A stretch of 64,000 nt of DNA from Elusimicrobiales bacterium. Its GTDB lineage: Bacteria; Elusimicrobiota; Elusimicrobia; Elusimicrobiales; UBA9959. This document shows, in pieces, positions 17,430 to 26,919 of the stretch (position 1 is its first letter; every line of letters starts with the position of its first letter). Location of the stretch: contig JBMFKQ010000001.1 in the NCBI GenBank assembly GCA_049972095.1, forward strand, positions 19,319 through 83,318, read 5' to 3'. Position numbers and translations under genes: made by a program. Below the pieces are notes generated by a model. The model did not search any database, had not been told where the DNA came from, and saw nothing but the letters and a program-made list of their open reading frames with translations.

Positions 17430-18197
17430 TTATTTCTGGATATCCATTTTTTCAAAGGCTTTTATTGTTAAAAGGGATGTCGCTAAAATCCATAGAATAA
17501 TCACATATATAGATGTGATTGGGTTGAATGCACTGTATCCTATCGCAATTTTCCTTAAGAGATCTACAAAGTAGGTTAATGGATTTATAATAGCAATTGC
17601 TTTTATTAATCTGGATGTGGAGCGTATGTCAAAAAGAGCATTTGAAAAAAGAAACATAGGCCAGGCAACAAGACTCATAATAAGAGCAAAGCCTTCCATA
17701 GTTTTCATCAAAGCACCTATGGTAAGACCAATGGATGTTGTTATAATACCACAGGCAAAGGATATAATCACAATAAGTATGTTTTGATAGATTGAGAGTT
17801 TTAATACAAATATATTTCCCGCAATTAATATTACAAGCATTTCAATAACAGCTCCTATAATTCCGCCAAGAACTTTACCGAAAAATAGTGATGTCCTTGA
17901 TATTGGTGCTACAAGAACCTCTTTTAGAAAATCAAGTCTTTTATCCCATATTAGATATAGACCGTATCTTATTGTTGTGAAGAGAATGTTCATTGCAATT
18001 ATACCTGCAAATATATACTGCTGATATGTATATCCATTTATCACATAGTTTATGTTGATTGACCTGCCTATTACGAAAAGAAAAAGCAGTGGTGATATGA
18101 CTGATGATAACAGCCTTTCCTTTTCTCTAAAAAAAACTATAATCTCTCTTAAGACTATTGCTTTTATACCATTAATCTGAATAAGATTTTTCATCAA
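17430..18197 (-). CDS. ABC-2 type transporter permease
   Basis: 255 aa, six predicted helices, ABC-2 family layout. Overlaps the upstream ATPase gene by 26 nt. Confidence 0.8.
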   Translation of the reverse strand: MMKNLIQINGIKAIVLREIIVFFREKERLLSSVISPLLFLFVIGRSININYVINGYTYQQYIFAGIIAMNILFTTIRYGLYLIWDKRLDFLKEVLVAPISRTSLFFGKVLGGIIGAVIEMLVILIAGNIFVLKLSIYQNILIVIISFACGIITTSIGLTIGALMKTMEGFALIMSLVAWPMFLFSNALFDIRSTSRLIKAIAIINPLTYFVDLLRKIAIGYSAFNPITSIYVIILWILATSLLTIKAFEKMDIQK

Positions 18198-19107
18198 GCT
18201 CTTCTATCTTCTTACCTGTTATACTTAAAAACACATCTTCAAGTGATGTTTTTTTAATCTCCATATCCTCTATTTTTCTTATACACAAAAGTATATCTGA
18301 TAGATGTGATGTTATTTCTTTTGTGGTTATTGTAAGATATCCATCTGAAACTCTGATTTTTTTATCAAAATTGAGTTTTTCTATTTTTTCAATCTCAAAC
18401 TCACCTTTTATCTTAAGTATTTCATCACCAAGCTTTTTTTTGAGATTATATGGTGTGTCAAGCTCTATTATTCTGCCTTTGTTTATTATTGCAATTCTAT
18501 TACTTAGTGCATCTGCTTCTTCAAGATAGTGGGTTGTAAGTATAATGGTTACTGCATGTTTGTTTTTTATATCTAATATGTAGTTCCATATCTCTCTTCT
18601 TGATATAGGATCAAGTCCCAGTGTCGGTTCGTCAAGGAAGAGGATTGTTGGTATGTGAAGTATTCCCCTTGCTATTTCAAGCCTTCTTTTCATCCCACCT
18701 GAAAATGTTTTGACAATATCCTTTTTTCTATCACCTAATCCTACAATATCAAGCATCTCAGATACTCTTTTTTTTAGTTCTTTTCCCTTCATTCCATATA
18801 ACATTGCATGAAGTGTCAGGTTTTCTTCGGCAGTTAGAAGATCATCAAGTGATGGTTCCTGAAAGACTATTCCAATCTCCCTTCTAACATCAAGAGATTG
18901 TTTTATTATATCATATCCACATACCCTTGCTATTCCAGATGATGGTTTAATGATTGTGGTTAGAATACTTATTAGTGTTGTTTTGCCTGCACCGTTTGGT
19001 CCTAAAAGAGAAAAAACCTCACCTTTCTCTATATTTAAGTTTATATTATCAACAGCCTTTATTTTACCAAAGTATTTGGATAACGAGTATATCTCAACAA
19101 CAGACAT
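18172..19107 (-). CDS. ABC transporter ATP-binding protein (DrrA/CcmA-like exporter ATPase)
   Basis: Walker A GPNGAGKTT, signature SGGMKRRL, Walker B LFLDEPTLGLD, H-loop TTHYLEE. Confidence 0.92.
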   Translation of the reverse strand: MSVVEIYSLSKYFGKIKAVDNINLNIEKGEVFSLLGPNGAGKTTLISILTTIIKPSSGIARVCGYDIIKQSLDVRREIGIVFQEPSLDDLLTAEENLTLHAMLYGMKGKELKKRVSEMLDIVGLGDRKKDIVKTFSGGMKRRLEIARGILHIPTILFLDEPTLGLDPISRREIWNYILDIKNKHAVTIILTTHYLEEADALSNRIAIINKGRIIELDTPYNLKKKLGDEILKIKGEFEIEKIEKLNFDKKIRVSDGYLTITTKEITSHLSDILLCIRKIEDMEIKKTSLEDVFLSITGKKIEELDEKSYSD

Positions 19108-19125
19108 ATTTTCATTTTTTAAAAT

Positions 19126-20673
19126 TTAAAAAAGCAGTCCAACACTTGCAACTGCCTGTGCTTTTTCTGGATATTTATGGTTATCTATATTTTGCTTTCC
19201 GCTTGATATACCAGCTGCAAGATCTATATGGAGATATGCAAATGTAAGCCCTATGCCTGCTGTATAGATTGTCTTTGAACTATCTTCGGCAAGGTTTTTA
19301 AGAAATCCAAGCCTTAATGGAAGATTAAAGGATTTTCTATTTAAAATGTTTATCTCTGTTCCAACAGATAGTTGCCTTGATTTAAAACCATCAACAGCTG
19401 TCTTGTTTTTGGTTATATCAATATCAGCTGCAAAATGCCACCAGCTAAAAGGTGAAAGTGCTAAACCCATTCTAATTTGTCTATCAAGCTGGTACTTATC
19501 ACCATAAGAAGCATCAAATTTAGGACTATTGATGTTTCTGATTGTAAAACCTAACTTTGGACTGAACGGTATCTTTTTAAACCTTTCATTCACATCCCAT
19601 AAAAGACCTATATCTACTGCAGGTCTTACACTTGTTTTTTTATTTTCAAGCACATCCTTAAACACATCACGCGTTTTTTCTTCCTCTAAAATGTAAAATC
19701 TTTTTGAGGTAATATTTCCTTGGATAATCTTAATATTTCCACCTATTGCAAGCCCTGGGAGAAAACTTAGATATTTGGCATATCCAATAGCAGCCTCATT
19801 AAAAGATGCAGCAACTACATCAAGTCTTGATGTATTGGCTGAAAAATTACCACCGTTGGCTGCATAGTTTTGGATAACCGCTGCAGACCCTTCAGCATAT
19901 TTTAGAGCTTCTTTAGATGCTTCAAGAATTAGCTCTTGTGAAATGGTAGTGGTAGCCGAATTTACAAGTGTGTTTGCTAAACTATTAGCATCAGTAATAC
20001 CCTTAGAAGATAAACAATCAGAAGTGCCACATACAATTTTTTTGATATTATCGAATCCTACTATGTTGATTGCTTGCGTTAAGTTACCAGCTGCTTCAGC
20101 CAGTACTGGGGTAGTTGGAGTTTGAGTGCTTGCAGAGGGAATGTTTTCGCCAACAGTAGTATTAACAATACCTATGTTTAATGTATCAATCCAGGGATTT
20201 AAGCCAACTGATGTAAAATTATTTATTGAAAAGGCAAGTTTTGAAAGTTTGAGATTAACACCACCCGCTATTTCAACAAGAGCCCCACTGTCTTTTTTGT
20301 TTATATCTTCAAGCAATGCAAGTGATTTCATAAAGGCAGATACTTCTTGAGGTCCTAAGTCTTGGTTAGTTAAAATTTCTGAGTTTCTTATGTTTTCAAT
20401 CTGTTTAGCAACCTCTGTTATTTTTGTCACATTATCCAATATACCACCAGTGGCTTCAATACCTACACCACATGGTATCTCAAGCCCACTAAATGTTTGG
20501 GTAGATTTTTGAGCAAGTCCTGCTGGATTCCAATACTGTGCTATTGGACCTTTTGCCATTGCTACATATGCTCCACCCATACCCATTGGTCTTGTTCCAA
20601 GTATCTGCCACTGCTCTGTATGAAGCGCAAGTGATGTGAAGATAAAGGTAATAATTATAAAAAACCTCTTCAT
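19126..20673 (-). CDS. outer-membrane beta-barrel protein (TraF/PorV-like) with large Ala/Thr/Asn-rich central insertion
   Basis: Signal peptide MKRFFIIITFIFTSLALH. RPMGMGGAYVAMA...YWNPAGLAQ family motif. C-terminal ...ASVGLLF (terminal Phe, OMP signature). GGAGG SD before ATG 20673. Confidence 0.6.
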   Translation of the reverse strand: MKRFFIIITFIFTSLALHTEQWQILGTRPMGMGGAYVAMAKGPIAQYWNPAGLAQKSTQTFSGLEIPCGVGIEATGGILDNVTKITEVAKQIENIRNSEILTNQDLGPQEVSAFMKSLALLEDINKKDSGALVEIAGGVNLKLSKLAFSINNFTSVGLNPWIDTLNIGIVNTTVGENIPSASTQTPTTPVLAEAAGNLTQAINIVGFDNIKKIVCGTSDCLSSKGITDANSLANTLVNSATTTISQELILEASKEALKYAEGSAAVIQNYAANGGNFSANTSRLDVVAASFNEAAIGYAKYLSFLPGLAIGGNIKIIQGNITSKRFYILEEEKTRDVFKDVLENKKTSVRPAVDIGLLWDVNERFKKIPFSPKLGFTIRNINSPKFDASYGDKYQLDRQIRMGLALSPFSWWHFAADIDITKNKTAVDGFKSRQLSVGTEINILNRKSFNLPLRLGFLKNLAEDSSKTIYTAGIGLTFAYLHIDLAAGISSGKQNIDNHKYPEKAQAVASVGLLF

Positions 20674-20693
20674 AAAATCCTCCCATTTGTTAA

Positions 20694-20723
20694 ATTATAG
20701 ATATTATTCTAACCATCTGTCAA
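20694..20723 (-). promoter_or_regulatory. sigma70-type promoter (TTGACA-N18-TATAAT) for the OMP/ABC-2 operon
   Basis: The minus strand reads TTGACA gatggttagaataatatc TATAAT. Both hexamers are perfect consensus. The -10 ends about 20 nt upstream of the ATG at 20673. Confidence 0.55.
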
Positions 20724-20777
20724 GGAGGTGTAAGATCTTCATACATTTCATGCTAAAAGTTTATTATCTTTATGAGA

Positions 20778-21422
20778 TTATGCAAATGTTTTTCTTAGTC
20801 TATTAGACTCAAGATGCGCAATTCTAATAGGATCTGGTATTCTATATTTGGATATAAATTTTTTTATTGTTTTTATTGATGAATCTATATCAATCATATT
20901 TCCAGGGGAGATGAAAATAGCTTTTGCGTTTTCCTTTGTTCTCATTGCAGCTCCAATTATTACGCCATTATCATCATACACATAGGATGTTGAAAATTTA
21001 ATATTTTGCGGTTCTATGTATTTACCACAAAGCAGTGATTTGGCAACGCCTATTGTTGGCTTTTTTACACTTACTCCAAAATGAACAGCAACTCCGCATT
21101 TTCTTGGATGTATAGTTCCATTTCCATCAATGAGTATTAAATCTGGCTCTTTTTTTATTTTTTCATAGAGTTTTATCATAACAGGCATTTCTCTAAATGC
21201 AAGAAAACCTGGTATATATGGAAAACTGATATTTTTTTTCATAGTATAGATCTCAATAACCTCCATATTTTGGTTCAAAACAACGCAAACACCATATCCC
21301 TCATCACCTTCAAATGATATATCAAGCGCAGCAACTCTTGATTTATCTTTGAGATCAAAGGGTTTAAGAACTATTTTTTCTGATATTTTCCTTTGAATTG
21401 TTTTAAGTTTGTTAAGGTTCAT
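20778..21422 (-). CDS. nfi: endonuclease V (deoxyinosine 3' endonuclease)
   Basis: VAALDISF, FPYIPGFLAFRE, LILIDGNGTIHPR and PTIGVAKS motifs. Confidence 0.9.
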   Translation of the reverse strand: MNLNKLKTIQRKISEKIVLKPFDLKDKSRVAALDISFEGDEGYGVCVVLNQNMEVIEIYTMKKNISFPYIPGFLAFREMPVMIKLYEKIKKEPDLILIDGNGTIHPRKCGVAVHFGVSVKKPTIGVAKSLLCGKYIEPQNIKFSTSYVYDDNGVIIGAAMRTKENAKAIFISPGNMIDIDSSIKTIKKFISKYRIPDPIRIAHLESNRLRKTFA

Positions 21423-22086
21423 TTCTTTTCATCTTAACAAAAACAACATCACTCCCTTCTTCACTTTCAATTTGATTTTCCGATATCTTTTTTATTTTTA
21501 AGAGTTTCTGATAACTTTGACCACCAACTGGTATAATCATTATTCCCCCTATTGAAAGTTGTTCTATTAATGGTTGTGGCGTTTTTTCAGCTGCACAGCT
21601 GACTATAATTCTATCAAATGGAGATTTTTCTTTCCAGCCGTAAAATCCATCATCAATCTTTAAGAAAACATTGTTCTCTGAATACTTTTTTATCCTTTCA
21701 AGGGCAAAGTTATAGAGAGTATCTCTTATATCCACTGAATAAACCTCTTTTGCAAGTTTTGATAAGATACATGTTTGCCAACCAGTTCCTGTTCCTATTT
21801 CAAGGATCTTATGATTTTTTTCAATTTCAAGCATATCTATCATCAGTGCAACAATATATGGCTGTGAGATGGTTTGTTCAGGAAGTATTTCAATAGCACA
21901 ATCATCATATGCCCTTGTTTTAAGATTGTCTGGTACAAATTCATGCCTTGGGGTTGATTTTATTGCATCTATTATTTGAGGAGATGTTATACCCCTTGAG
22001 ATTATTTTTTCGGATATCAGCTTCTGAGAAAGATATTCAAAGTATTTTTGGTATTTCTCTGAAAGCTTTTTTATTATGTCAGTCAT
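21412..22086 (-). CDS. pcm: protein-L-isoaspartate O-methyltransferase
   Basis: PRHEFVP, TISQPYIVA, ILEIGTGTGWQT (SAM motif I) and FDRIIVSCAA motifs. Confidence 0.9.
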   Translation of the reverse strand: MTDIIKKLSEKYQKYFEYLSQKLISEKIISRGITSPQIIDAIKSTPRHEFVPDNLKTRAYDDCAIEILPEQTISQPYIVALMIDMLEIEKNHKILEIGTGTGWQTCILSKLAKEVYSVDIRDTLYNFALERIKKYSENNVFLKIDDGFYGWKEKSPFDRIIVSCAAEKTPQPLIEQLSIGGIMIIPVGGQSYQKLLKIKKISENQIESEEGSDVVFVKMKRNEP

Positions 22087-22194
22087 CAGCTTTTATTTGT
22101 TTAAAATCTACATTGAAATTGTAGCTTTTCCATTACCTTTATACATTTCTCTACCAGTGTTTTTCTAATCCTGAAAAGAAATAACCATTTACAA

Positions 22195-24147
22195 CTATAC
22201 CTCTGATTCTATGTAGAGGTTTTTGATAGAGTTTTCTGTGTCTTTAATAAGAGAATTTACTGATATTTCTTCTCCTGTTGCTTCTTTCATCCATTTTAAA
22301 GGTGTTATATTGCCAAGCTGACATATTCTTTTCATATCTTTTCCAATAGGTATTTTTTCGAAATGCTTTTCTATTTGATGTGCTATTATGTGTCCAAGTG
22401 GATAGTCTGGAAGATAGAGTGCATGAAATATCATATGGGAGTATATTGCAAGTATAGGTGAGTCTTTTATTCTGAATATTGGATAGTAGTATTTATTCCA
22501 TATACCCTTTGCTACCTCTACAACCTTTTCTTTCAGCTCTTTTTCTGTAAAGTTTTTTCTTTTATACATCCACCTCCACACATACATATCAACAAGAGCA
22601 ACCCCTGCGATCTCTCTTGTATCCCAGTAGGTTTGAATGTTTTTAAGATATTTATCCTTTTCATCTCTTTTCATTCCAAGTATATCAAGTGATTTGTTTT
22701 GAAATACGAAAGCCATTGCCTCAGTAAATGCTGTATTTGGAACACCACTTAAAAGATTGTAGTCAATATCATACAGAGTAAATATCTGCTCTACACAGTG
22801 CCCAAGCTCATGCATTGCAGTATTAAAGCTTTGCCAGTTCATATATTTTCCATCTATAGCCTTTGTTCTTAGGTGTGCCTTTTCACCTCTCATCTCAGGC
22901 CCCCATGCATGTCCTGCACCCCTTGCAGGGTCAACCTCTATTTTATTGGAAAGATACTCTGCTGTTTTTTCATCAAAGTCAAGTTTCATAAGTATATCTT
23001 TTATTGATTTTTGAAAGTCATCTAATGTCGGATATCTTTTTTTAACCTCATCATCAAGGTTTATACCTTCACTTTTTGTAAGAAACTGGTTATACCATAT
23101 ATCAAAAACCTCAAGATTTCTACCAAGTTTTTCTTTTATTATCTCGGCTATCTTTAATGCATTTTTATCCTCAAGAATCTCTATAAACATCTTTTCAATG
23201 GTTTCAAAAGGTATTTCTCTTGCACCTTCAAATACTCTTTTTATGTAGTTGTTATAAACTATATGGAATCTGTCTTCCTCGCTATGAGCAAGGTATAGGT
23301 TTTTGAGATGTGAATATCTTTCAAGATGAATGTCTTTTGTTCTTTTTATTTCATACTCGTTTGTAAAAGGATTATATTTGCCCTGTTGATTTTTAATAAG
23401 TTCATAAGGCATCTCACCGTATATTATTCTTTCCATTGCAGCATAAAGTGTTCTTTGCTTTTTAAAGTTAATTTCGGATATATCTGAATAGTAGATTTTT
23501 ATCTGATCCCTCAATCCCCAGTGACTTATGAGTTTTAGATCTTCACTGAATATTTCTGACCCATCCTCAAAAAGGAGGTTTTTTATTGGAATGTTATATG
23601 AATAGACATACTCAGATGCCTTTGAGTAAACCTCTGTGAGTTTCTGTGATATCTCAGAGGGAACCCTTCCTTCAAACATCTTGGCCATTCTGTTAACTGC
23701 CCATTCCTTTCTTGACATTTTATCCATATTTTGGATTGTTTGTTTAAGGTCAGTGAGTTTAAAATTAAGCAATAAAATAAATGCTATTTTAGTTTTGAAA
23801 AGATCATCTGTTAGATGAACAAGAGGATTTAGATTTGAAAAATATCTTTCTATATTTGACATCTCGCCAGTATCTTCATCAAGCTCAATTCTTAATCGAA
23901 GATAGAGTGCTGTTAGGTATCCTTTTAAGTATTCATATTTTTCATTGTATCTTTCAAATATTTTTTCAAGTTTTTCTCCTGTCTCAAAGTTATTTATACA
24001 AAAATCAATAAAATCCTCATTGCTACCGTCAGTTTTCTGCCATAGTTTTGCAACTTGATTAACCCCTGTGCTTATTCTTTCTTTTTGATCCGGGTATTTT
24101 TTTATAAGCTCCTTTATAGCCTTATTTATAGCTTTTTTTGGTATCAT
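22195..24147 (-). CDS. gluzincin metallopeptidase, M3 (oligoendopeptidase F/PepF)-like
   Basis: 650 aa, no signal peptide. HELGH zinc motif with a Glu (AFTEAMAF) 26 residues after the second His, which is the spacing typical of family M3. Confidence 0.5.
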   Translation of the reverse strand: MIPKKAINKAIKELIKKYPDQKERISTGVNQVAKLWQKTDGSNEDFIDFCINNFETGEKLEKIFERYNEKYEYLKGYLTALYLRLRIELDEDTGEMSNIERYFSNLNPLVHLTDDLFKTKIAFILLLNFKLTDLKQTIQNMDKMSRKEWAVNRMAKMFEGRVPSEISQKLTEVYSKASEYVYSYNIPIKNLLFEDGSEIFSEDLKLISHWGLRDQIKIYYSDISEINFKKQRTLYAAMERIIYGEMPYELIKNQQGKYNPFTNEYEIKRTKDIHLERYSHLKNLYLAHSEEDRFHIVYNNYIKRVFEGAREIPFETIEKMFIEILEDKNALKIAEIIKEKLGRNLEVFDIWYNQFLTKSEGINLDDEVKKRYPTLDDFQKSIKDILMKLDFDEKTAEYLSNKIEVDPARGAGHAWGPEMRGEKAHLRTKAIDGKYMNWQSFNTAMHELGHCVEQIFTLYDIDYNLLSGVPNTAFTEAMAFVFQNKSLDILGMKRDEKDKYLKNIQTYWDTREIAGVALVDMYVWRWMYKRKNFTEKELKEKVVEVAKGIWNKYYYPIFRIKDSPILAIYSHMIFHALYLPDYPLGHIIAHQIEKHFEKIPIGKDMKRICQLGNITPLKWMKEATGEEISVNSLIKDTENSIKNLYIESEV

Positions 24148-24166
24148 CTTTACCTCCTTCCAATCT

Positions 24167-24724
24167 TTAGTATTTCCACAGTGGAATGCCGTTAAGCTGG
24201 TGTGTTGAATTTATTATCAAAAATCCCCAGTATATAGACTTTGGGTCAGAGAAATAAATGTATTGAGAGGATGAATCAACTGCTTTTGCATAGTCTGTGT
24301 CAAATCTGCTTGTCCTTATGTATTTTACTGATGAAGCAGATTCTGAGTTAATTTCTATCTTAGGTATATAAGGTATAAACTCTGGTACAAGCTCCTCAAG
24401 AACTGATGGGTATTTGTTTGTTTTTAGATAGTATGAAAGAATTGCCTTTCTGAGCTCAAGAAGTGCTTGTTGTGGTTCTTTTATATATTCCTCATCTTTC
24501 AATAGTCTTATATTATCTTTAGTCTCTTTTAAAATTTTGAGAATCTTTTCTTTTTTAGTATCATCTATTTGTAGTATTTCTCTTTTTATATCTTCTATTG
24601 TTTTCTCAATCTCATCTTGTTGTAGAGTTATATCCTTGGTTGAGAGTGATATATTTTGCGTTTGTTGAGAGAGATGTTGTTGTGCGTAAGATATATTGCA
24701 AAATATAAGCAGAATAAATCCCAT
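24167..24724 (-). CDS. hypothetical secreted protein, coiled-coil N-half and pseudopilin (GspG)-like C-half
   Basis: 185 aa. Short hydrophobic N-terminus ending YAQQ. The segment LRKAILSYYLKTNKYPSVLEELVPEFIPYIP resembles the body of type II secretion/type IV pilin-like proteins, but the N-terminal prepilin motif is absent. Confidence 0.3.
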   Translation of the reverse strand: MGFILLIFCNISYAQQHLSQQTQNISLSTKDITLQQDEIEKTIEDIKREILQIDDTKKEKILKILKETKDNIRLLKDEEYIKEPQQALLELRKAILSYYLKTNKYPSVLEELVPEFIPYIPKIEINSESASSVKYIRTSRFDTDYAKAVDSSSQYIYFSDPKSIYWGFLIINSTHQLNGIPLWKY

Positions 24725-24791
24725 TTAAAAAATTTTAGCATTTTTTTAGAAAAACAAAAAGATGACACTCTCAAAGCTCAAGACTTAAAAG

Positions 24792-24867
24792 GGTGGCTGA
24801 CGGGAGTTGAACCCGCAACCTTCCGGGCCACAGCCGGACGCTCTAAACCAATTGAGCTACAGCCACC
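24792..24867 (-). tRNA. tRNA-His (anticodon GTG)
   Basis: Folded by hand. G(-1) plus acceptor GTGGCTG/CAGCCAC, D-stem GCTC/GAGC, anticodon stem TCCGG/CCGGA with loop CTGTGGC, T-arm GCGGG-TTCAACT-CCCGT, discriminator C73. CCA is not encoded. Confidence 0.9.
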
Positions 24868-24951
24868 ATATAATAATATTCTATAAAAAAACTTCGTATT
24901 AAAATCCTCTACAACCTCTAAACGGTATTTGAAATATACTAAAATATCTTT

Positions 24952-26358
24952 ATGACCAGAAAAAAGGCTATTGTTCAAGGGCGTTTTTATCCTAATAATA
25001 AAGACGAGATTTTTTCATTCATCTCACAGCATTATCTTGCTGATATATCTCTAAAGGATAAAGGAAGAATAATTCTCTCACCGCATGCAGGATATTCTTT
25101 TAGCGGTTGTGTTGCGGCAAAGGCTTTTTCGCATCTTGCAGATGATTTTGAAACAGCACTGATTATTGGAACAGCGCATACAACCTATCTTGATAAATGT
25201 GCTTTAATGAAGGATTTTGTTTTTGAAAACTCTATTGGTGAGGTAAGAAGCGATGATGATATCGCTGATGAGCTTTTAAAGAGCGGTTTTTTTGAGGATG
25301 TGCCACGAGCTTTCTCTACGGAACATTCTGTTGAGGTTCAAATACCTTTTCTTCAGTTTAAGAAGAAAAACTTTAAAATAGTACCTGTTGTTGTAAATAA
25401 CAATGATAAAAAACTCATTGATGGTGCCGGAAAGACAATTGCAGAAATTATGAGAAAAAATGATAAGGTTGTAGTTGTGATATCATCTGATCTTTCACAT
25501 TATCCTGCTTATGAGATTGCATATGTGAGTGATAATGCTTTAGCTCTTTCTTATGAATTTTCTTCAGTGAGTAAAGATGTTGATTATTTTATTCTGAGTG
25601 AGAAACTTCTTTTTGAAAAATATAAGAAAAAACTTGATACTGTTGCTTGTGGGTTTGTATCAATGGCTATTGGGCTTAAAGCTGCTATAGAACTTGGATT
25701 TGTCTTTAAGATGATTGAGTATATTAACTCTGGGGATGTTAATGATATGATGAGGGATGAGGTTGTTGGATATCTCGGAGGTCTATTTTGTAAAGAAGAT
25801 AAAGAATTTAAGTTTAATCTTTCTGATGAAGAGAAAAAATTTCTGCTTCATATTGCAAGAATGTCTATAGAAGGTTATCTTAAAGATAAGAAAGAATTAA
25901 AGTTAGATTACATTCAGTATCCTAAACTAAATCTTCCTTGTGCTGTTTTTGTTACACTTACTCTGGATGGAAATCTTAGAGGTTGCATAGGGAGTTTAAC
26001 ACCACATATGCTTATGGCAGATGCCGTAAGCGAATACGCTATTAAAGCGGCCTTTGATGATCCAAGATTTGAGCCTGTTAGTTTTGAGGAGTTTAAAAGA
26101 ATAAAAATTGAAATATCCCTTCTCTCTCCTCTTAAAAGAATAAAGGATCTTTCTGAGATAAAAGAGAATCTTCATGGTGTTTATGTAAAAAGGGGTTTAA
26201 TGAGCGCTACATATCTTCCTCAAGTATGGGAGCATTTTTCTAATAAAAAGGATTTCCTTAAATCTCTAATGAATGAAAAATCCTCAATTGGATATCACAA
26301 TATCTCAGATCCTCAAACAGAGATTTATATATATACTGTTGAAAAGATAAAGGAATAA
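24952..26358 (+). CDS. fusion protein: MEMO1-family (AmmeMemoRadiSam protein B-like) N-domain + AMMECR1 (protein A-like) C-domain
   Basis: The N-half has GRFYP, SPHAGYSFSG and SSDLSHY (Memo/dioxygenase-like). The C-half has GNLRGCIGS and DPRF.PV (AMMECR1 signature). Confidence 0.8.
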   Translation: MTRKKAIVQGRFYPNNKDEIFSFISQHYLADISLKDKGRIILSPHAGYSFSGCVAAKAFSHLADDFETALIIGTAHTTYLDKCALMKDFVFENSIGEVRSDDDIADELLKSGFFEDVPRAFSTEHSVEVQIPFLQFKKKNFKIVPVVVNNNDKKLIDGAGKTIAEIMRKNDKVVVVISSDLSHYPAYEIAYVSDNALALSYEFSSVSKDVDYFILSEKLLFEKYKKKLDTVACGFVSMAIGLKAAIELGFVFKMIEYINSGDVNDMMRDEVVGYLGGLFCKEDKEFKFNLSDEEKKFLLHIARMSIEGYLKDKKELKLDYIQYPKLNLPCAVFVTLTLDGNLRGCIGSLTPHMLMADAVSEYAIKAAFDDPRFEPVSFEEFKRIKIEISLLSPLKRIKDLSEIKENLHGVYVKRGLMSATYLPQVWEHFSNKKDFLKSLMNEKSSIGYHNISDPQTEIYIYTVEKIKE

Positions 26359-26426
26359 TATTACACACGCTCAAAAGAGACTTCTCCCTCAAATAAACTG
26401 AAGATGCGAGTTAAGCTCTACACACT

Positions 26427-26828
26427 TCACCGAGGCTTTACATATGCATCTATGTAATCAGCCCTCTGTGTTAGTGTGAATGCAAACATAGCGCCTATTC
26501 CAATAAGCATGCCTACTGGGCCACCAAGGATAAATCCTAAAAATCCTGCTGCTCCAAGAACAGTGGCATATCCGGTTTTATTATCCTTTATGTCTTGAAC
26601 AAGCTTTTGTGCAAAAGAAGGCTCTTGTTTTGGTTCATCAGGCTTTGATTGAAGTGATGCTTGTGGTAGGATTAGTTTGTGCGCTGCTCCTTTTCCGTCA
26701 AAGGTGTCTGGATTTGTTGCAGCAGATTTTGCGCTTTCAAGTGCCAAATTATCTGCAAACAACGGATGATTTAGCATTATTATAACTGCTGATATTATTG
26801 CACCAGATACTACCTTTTTAAATAACAT
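26427..26828 (-). CDS. hypothetical secreted/membrane protein with C-terminal glycine-zipper helix
   Basis: 133 aa. Signal-like N-terminus, low-complexity middle region, then GAAGFLGFILGGPVGMLIGIGAMFAF. Confidence 0.35.
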   Translation of the reverse strand: MLFKKVVSGAIISAVIIMLNHPLFADNLALESAKSAATNPDTFDGKGAAHKLILPQASLQSKPDEPKQEPSFAQKLVQDIKDNKTGYATVLGAAGFLGFILGGPVGMLIGIGAMFAFTLTQRADYIDAYVKPR

Positions 26829-26919
26829 AGCTTTACCTCCTTTCTTAGATTTTAGAATCTTTTAGTCAATATTCCAAGATAATTTTTTCCTAGAATATGA
26901 TGGGAATAAAGTCCTATTT

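Noticed and set aside
24656-24978. ORFs 24656-24886 (+) and 24778-24978 (-) across the tRNA-His locus
   Set aside because: Both run straight through a tRNA gene that folds well. Their peptide sequences reflect the tRNA sequence (for example GSTPVSHP) and have no start context.
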